A program made the position numbers and the translations under genes. 35,061 nt of DNA from Thelocarpon superellum (lineage: Eukaryota), in contig JAPEUG010000164.1 of assembly GCA_026025795.1 (NCBI GenBank), positions 1 to 35,061 on the forward strand. Direction: 5' to 3'. Every line of letters starts with the position of its first letter. Position 1 is the stretch's first letter. Shown one piece after another: positions 33,169-35,061 of the stretch. The notes under the pieces were generated by a model. The model did no database searches, was not told where the DNA came from, and was given only the letters and a program-made list of their open reading frames with translations.

Positions 33169-35061
33169 ATGCCTACCATCGCCGTTGACAAGGCCGCGCT
33201 TTACAAAACCCTGGGCCAAGAGTACCCCACCCTGCATCGAGCCGGTGGTCATGAGAGCACATTCGCTAATGGTCCGAAAGATACACCACCCAAGAATTTG
33301 ACGAGTTATGCTTTGAATTTGGTTCGTAGTGGGGCTGATGTGTCTGGGGAACATGGCTAATCAGAGGTCGTGACAGGAATTGAGCTTGATGAGGATGTGA
33401 GTGATTGCTCGCTCGAGTGGACCGTGCAAGGGCTCAGAGTGTCAGACGACAGATCATGATCGGCCCATTGTCGACGGCCAACAAGAACCTGCGCAATTGA
33501 AGATTGAAATCCCCGCCAACAGGTCAGTCCCGCGTTTGATCACTGATTGTGCCAGTGTACACGCTGACCGCCTTGTAGATATGATATGCTCTGCATCGAA
33601 GGAATCTCGCTCATGTTGAACATCTTCCGTGGCAAAACCCGGACGCCCGTTTATCGTCTAGTTGCCCCGCCCGATGGAGAGCTGCAGACCATCACCGTGC
33701 ACCCGGAGACGGCGCGGATACGACCCTACGTCTCAGGCGCCATTCTGCGAAATATTCGATTCACCAAGGAGAGATACGAGTCCTTCATCGCCCTGCAGGA
33801 TAAGCTGCATCAAAATCTCGCCCGTCAACGAACGCTGGTGGCGATTGGTACGCATGACCTCGACACCATCCAAGGCCCCTTCACGTACGAGGCCCTCCCA
33901 CCCGAGAAAATCAGCTTCGTCCCCTTGAATCAGACCAAGAAGATGAATGGGGCGGAATTAATGACGTTTTACGAGGTATGATCAGGGGAGGGGCATGTTA
34001 TCCGGCGATCTAACACCGGTGCAGCAAGACAAGCACCTCGGTCGATACCTGCCCATCATCAAGGACTCCCCGGTGTATCCAGTCATCTACGACGCCAAGC
34101 GTACAGTCTGCTCATTACCACCCATCATCAACGGGGACCACTCCAAGATCAGCGTGAAGACGAGAAATGTCTTCATCGAAATGACGGCTACGGATCGGAC
34201 CAAGGTCGAGATCGTCAACCACATCATGGTGGCCATGTTCTCGCAATACACAGATGAGCCCTTCACGTATGATCTAGGATGCTCTGTGTACACGCGAATG
34301 AAGTTGATTTTTGCCATAGGATCGAACCGGTCAAGATCATCTCGCCACATAACCACGAAAGTCGAGAGACGCCCGACTTGACGCCGCGTGAAACGCAAGC
34401 CGAGATCTCCTACATCAACGAATGCTGCGGCCTGAGCTTGTCGGCAAACGAAATCTGCAAGCTACTGGAGCGCATGTCGTATCAGGCGCGACCCTCTACG
34501 TCATCTCCGGAGTACATTGATGTGCAGATTCCGCCCACCCGGGCTGATGTGCTGCATCAGTGTGATATCATGGAGGACGTTGCGGTGGCATATGGCTTTA
34601 ACATCCTCCCCAAGACATTTCCTGGCAAATCCGGAACGATCGCGCAGCCGTTGATGGTGAACAAGCTGACGGACATTGTGCGGATGGAAGCAGCAATGGC
34701 GGGGTGGAGCGAAGTGATGCCGCTCATCCTCTGTTCGCATGACGAGAATTTTGCCTGGTTGAATCGCAAGGATGATGGCAACACCGCGGTCAAACTGGCC
34801 AACCCGAAGACGGCAGAGTATCAAGTCGTGCGCACCTCGCTACTCCCGGGCTTGCTCAAGACGATTCGTGAGAACAAGCATCACAACCTGCCGATCAAAG
34901 TGTTCGAGGCGTCAGACGTAGCCTTCAAGGACCTCTCGCTCGAGCGCAAGAGCCGCAACGAACGGCATCTCGCCGCGGCTTGGTGCGGCAAGTCGAGTGG
35001 ATTCGAGGTCGTGCATGGTCTCCTCGATCGGATTATGACGATGCTCAAGAGCGCTTTCCTT
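33169..35061 (+). CDS. FRS1: cytoplasmic phenylalanyl-tRNA synthetase beta subunit, truncated by the window end; introns 33222-33280, 33322-33376, 33397-33445, 33523-33578, 33976-34024, 34267-34319
   Basis: [117 protein letters not shown]. Confidence 0.97.

Noticed and set aside
1..35061. CRISPR arrays, transposons, tRNA/rRNA genes and non-canonical introns
   Set aside because: Repeats lack spacer structure; I saw no transposase/RT motifs, LTRs or TIRs and no cloverleaf; every intron I reconstructed is GT-AG.

Overview
GC-rich, intron-containing nuclear DNA from a filamentous ascomycete (Pezizomycotina-type genes with short GT..CTRAC/CTRAY..AG introns); the species cannot be determined from the sequence. 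I rebuilt 12 protein-coding genes by joining exons by hand. In order: PAS-kinase (-), EFG1 (-), SEA4/MIOS (+), TPT1 (+), an orphan secreted Cys-rich M35-peptidase-like protein lacking HExxH (+), an Mto2/Spa18-like MTOC protein (-), Msg5/Pmp1 MAPK phosphatase (+), myotubularin YMR1 (-), RPS3 (+), EFM4 (+), PP2A scaffold subunit A (-) and the 5' part of the Phe-tRNA synthetase beta subunit (+). No tRNA, rRNA, transposon or CRISPR feature is supported. This is mostly a housekeeping region. The best leads are: (i) an unusually long, hairpin-rich RPS3 intron 2 with a cryptic frameshifting 5' splice site in a stem-loop, a candidate autoregulatory splicing switch; (ii) the secreted pseudo-metalloprotease; (iii) the Mto2-like protein; (iv) a possible non-AUG N-terminal extension and uORF in the MAPK phosphatase leader; (v) a dense G-quadruplex-type repeat after the SEA4 stop; (vi) repeat-driven insertions in many conserved proteins. 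All family assignments come from motif recognition, not database searches.
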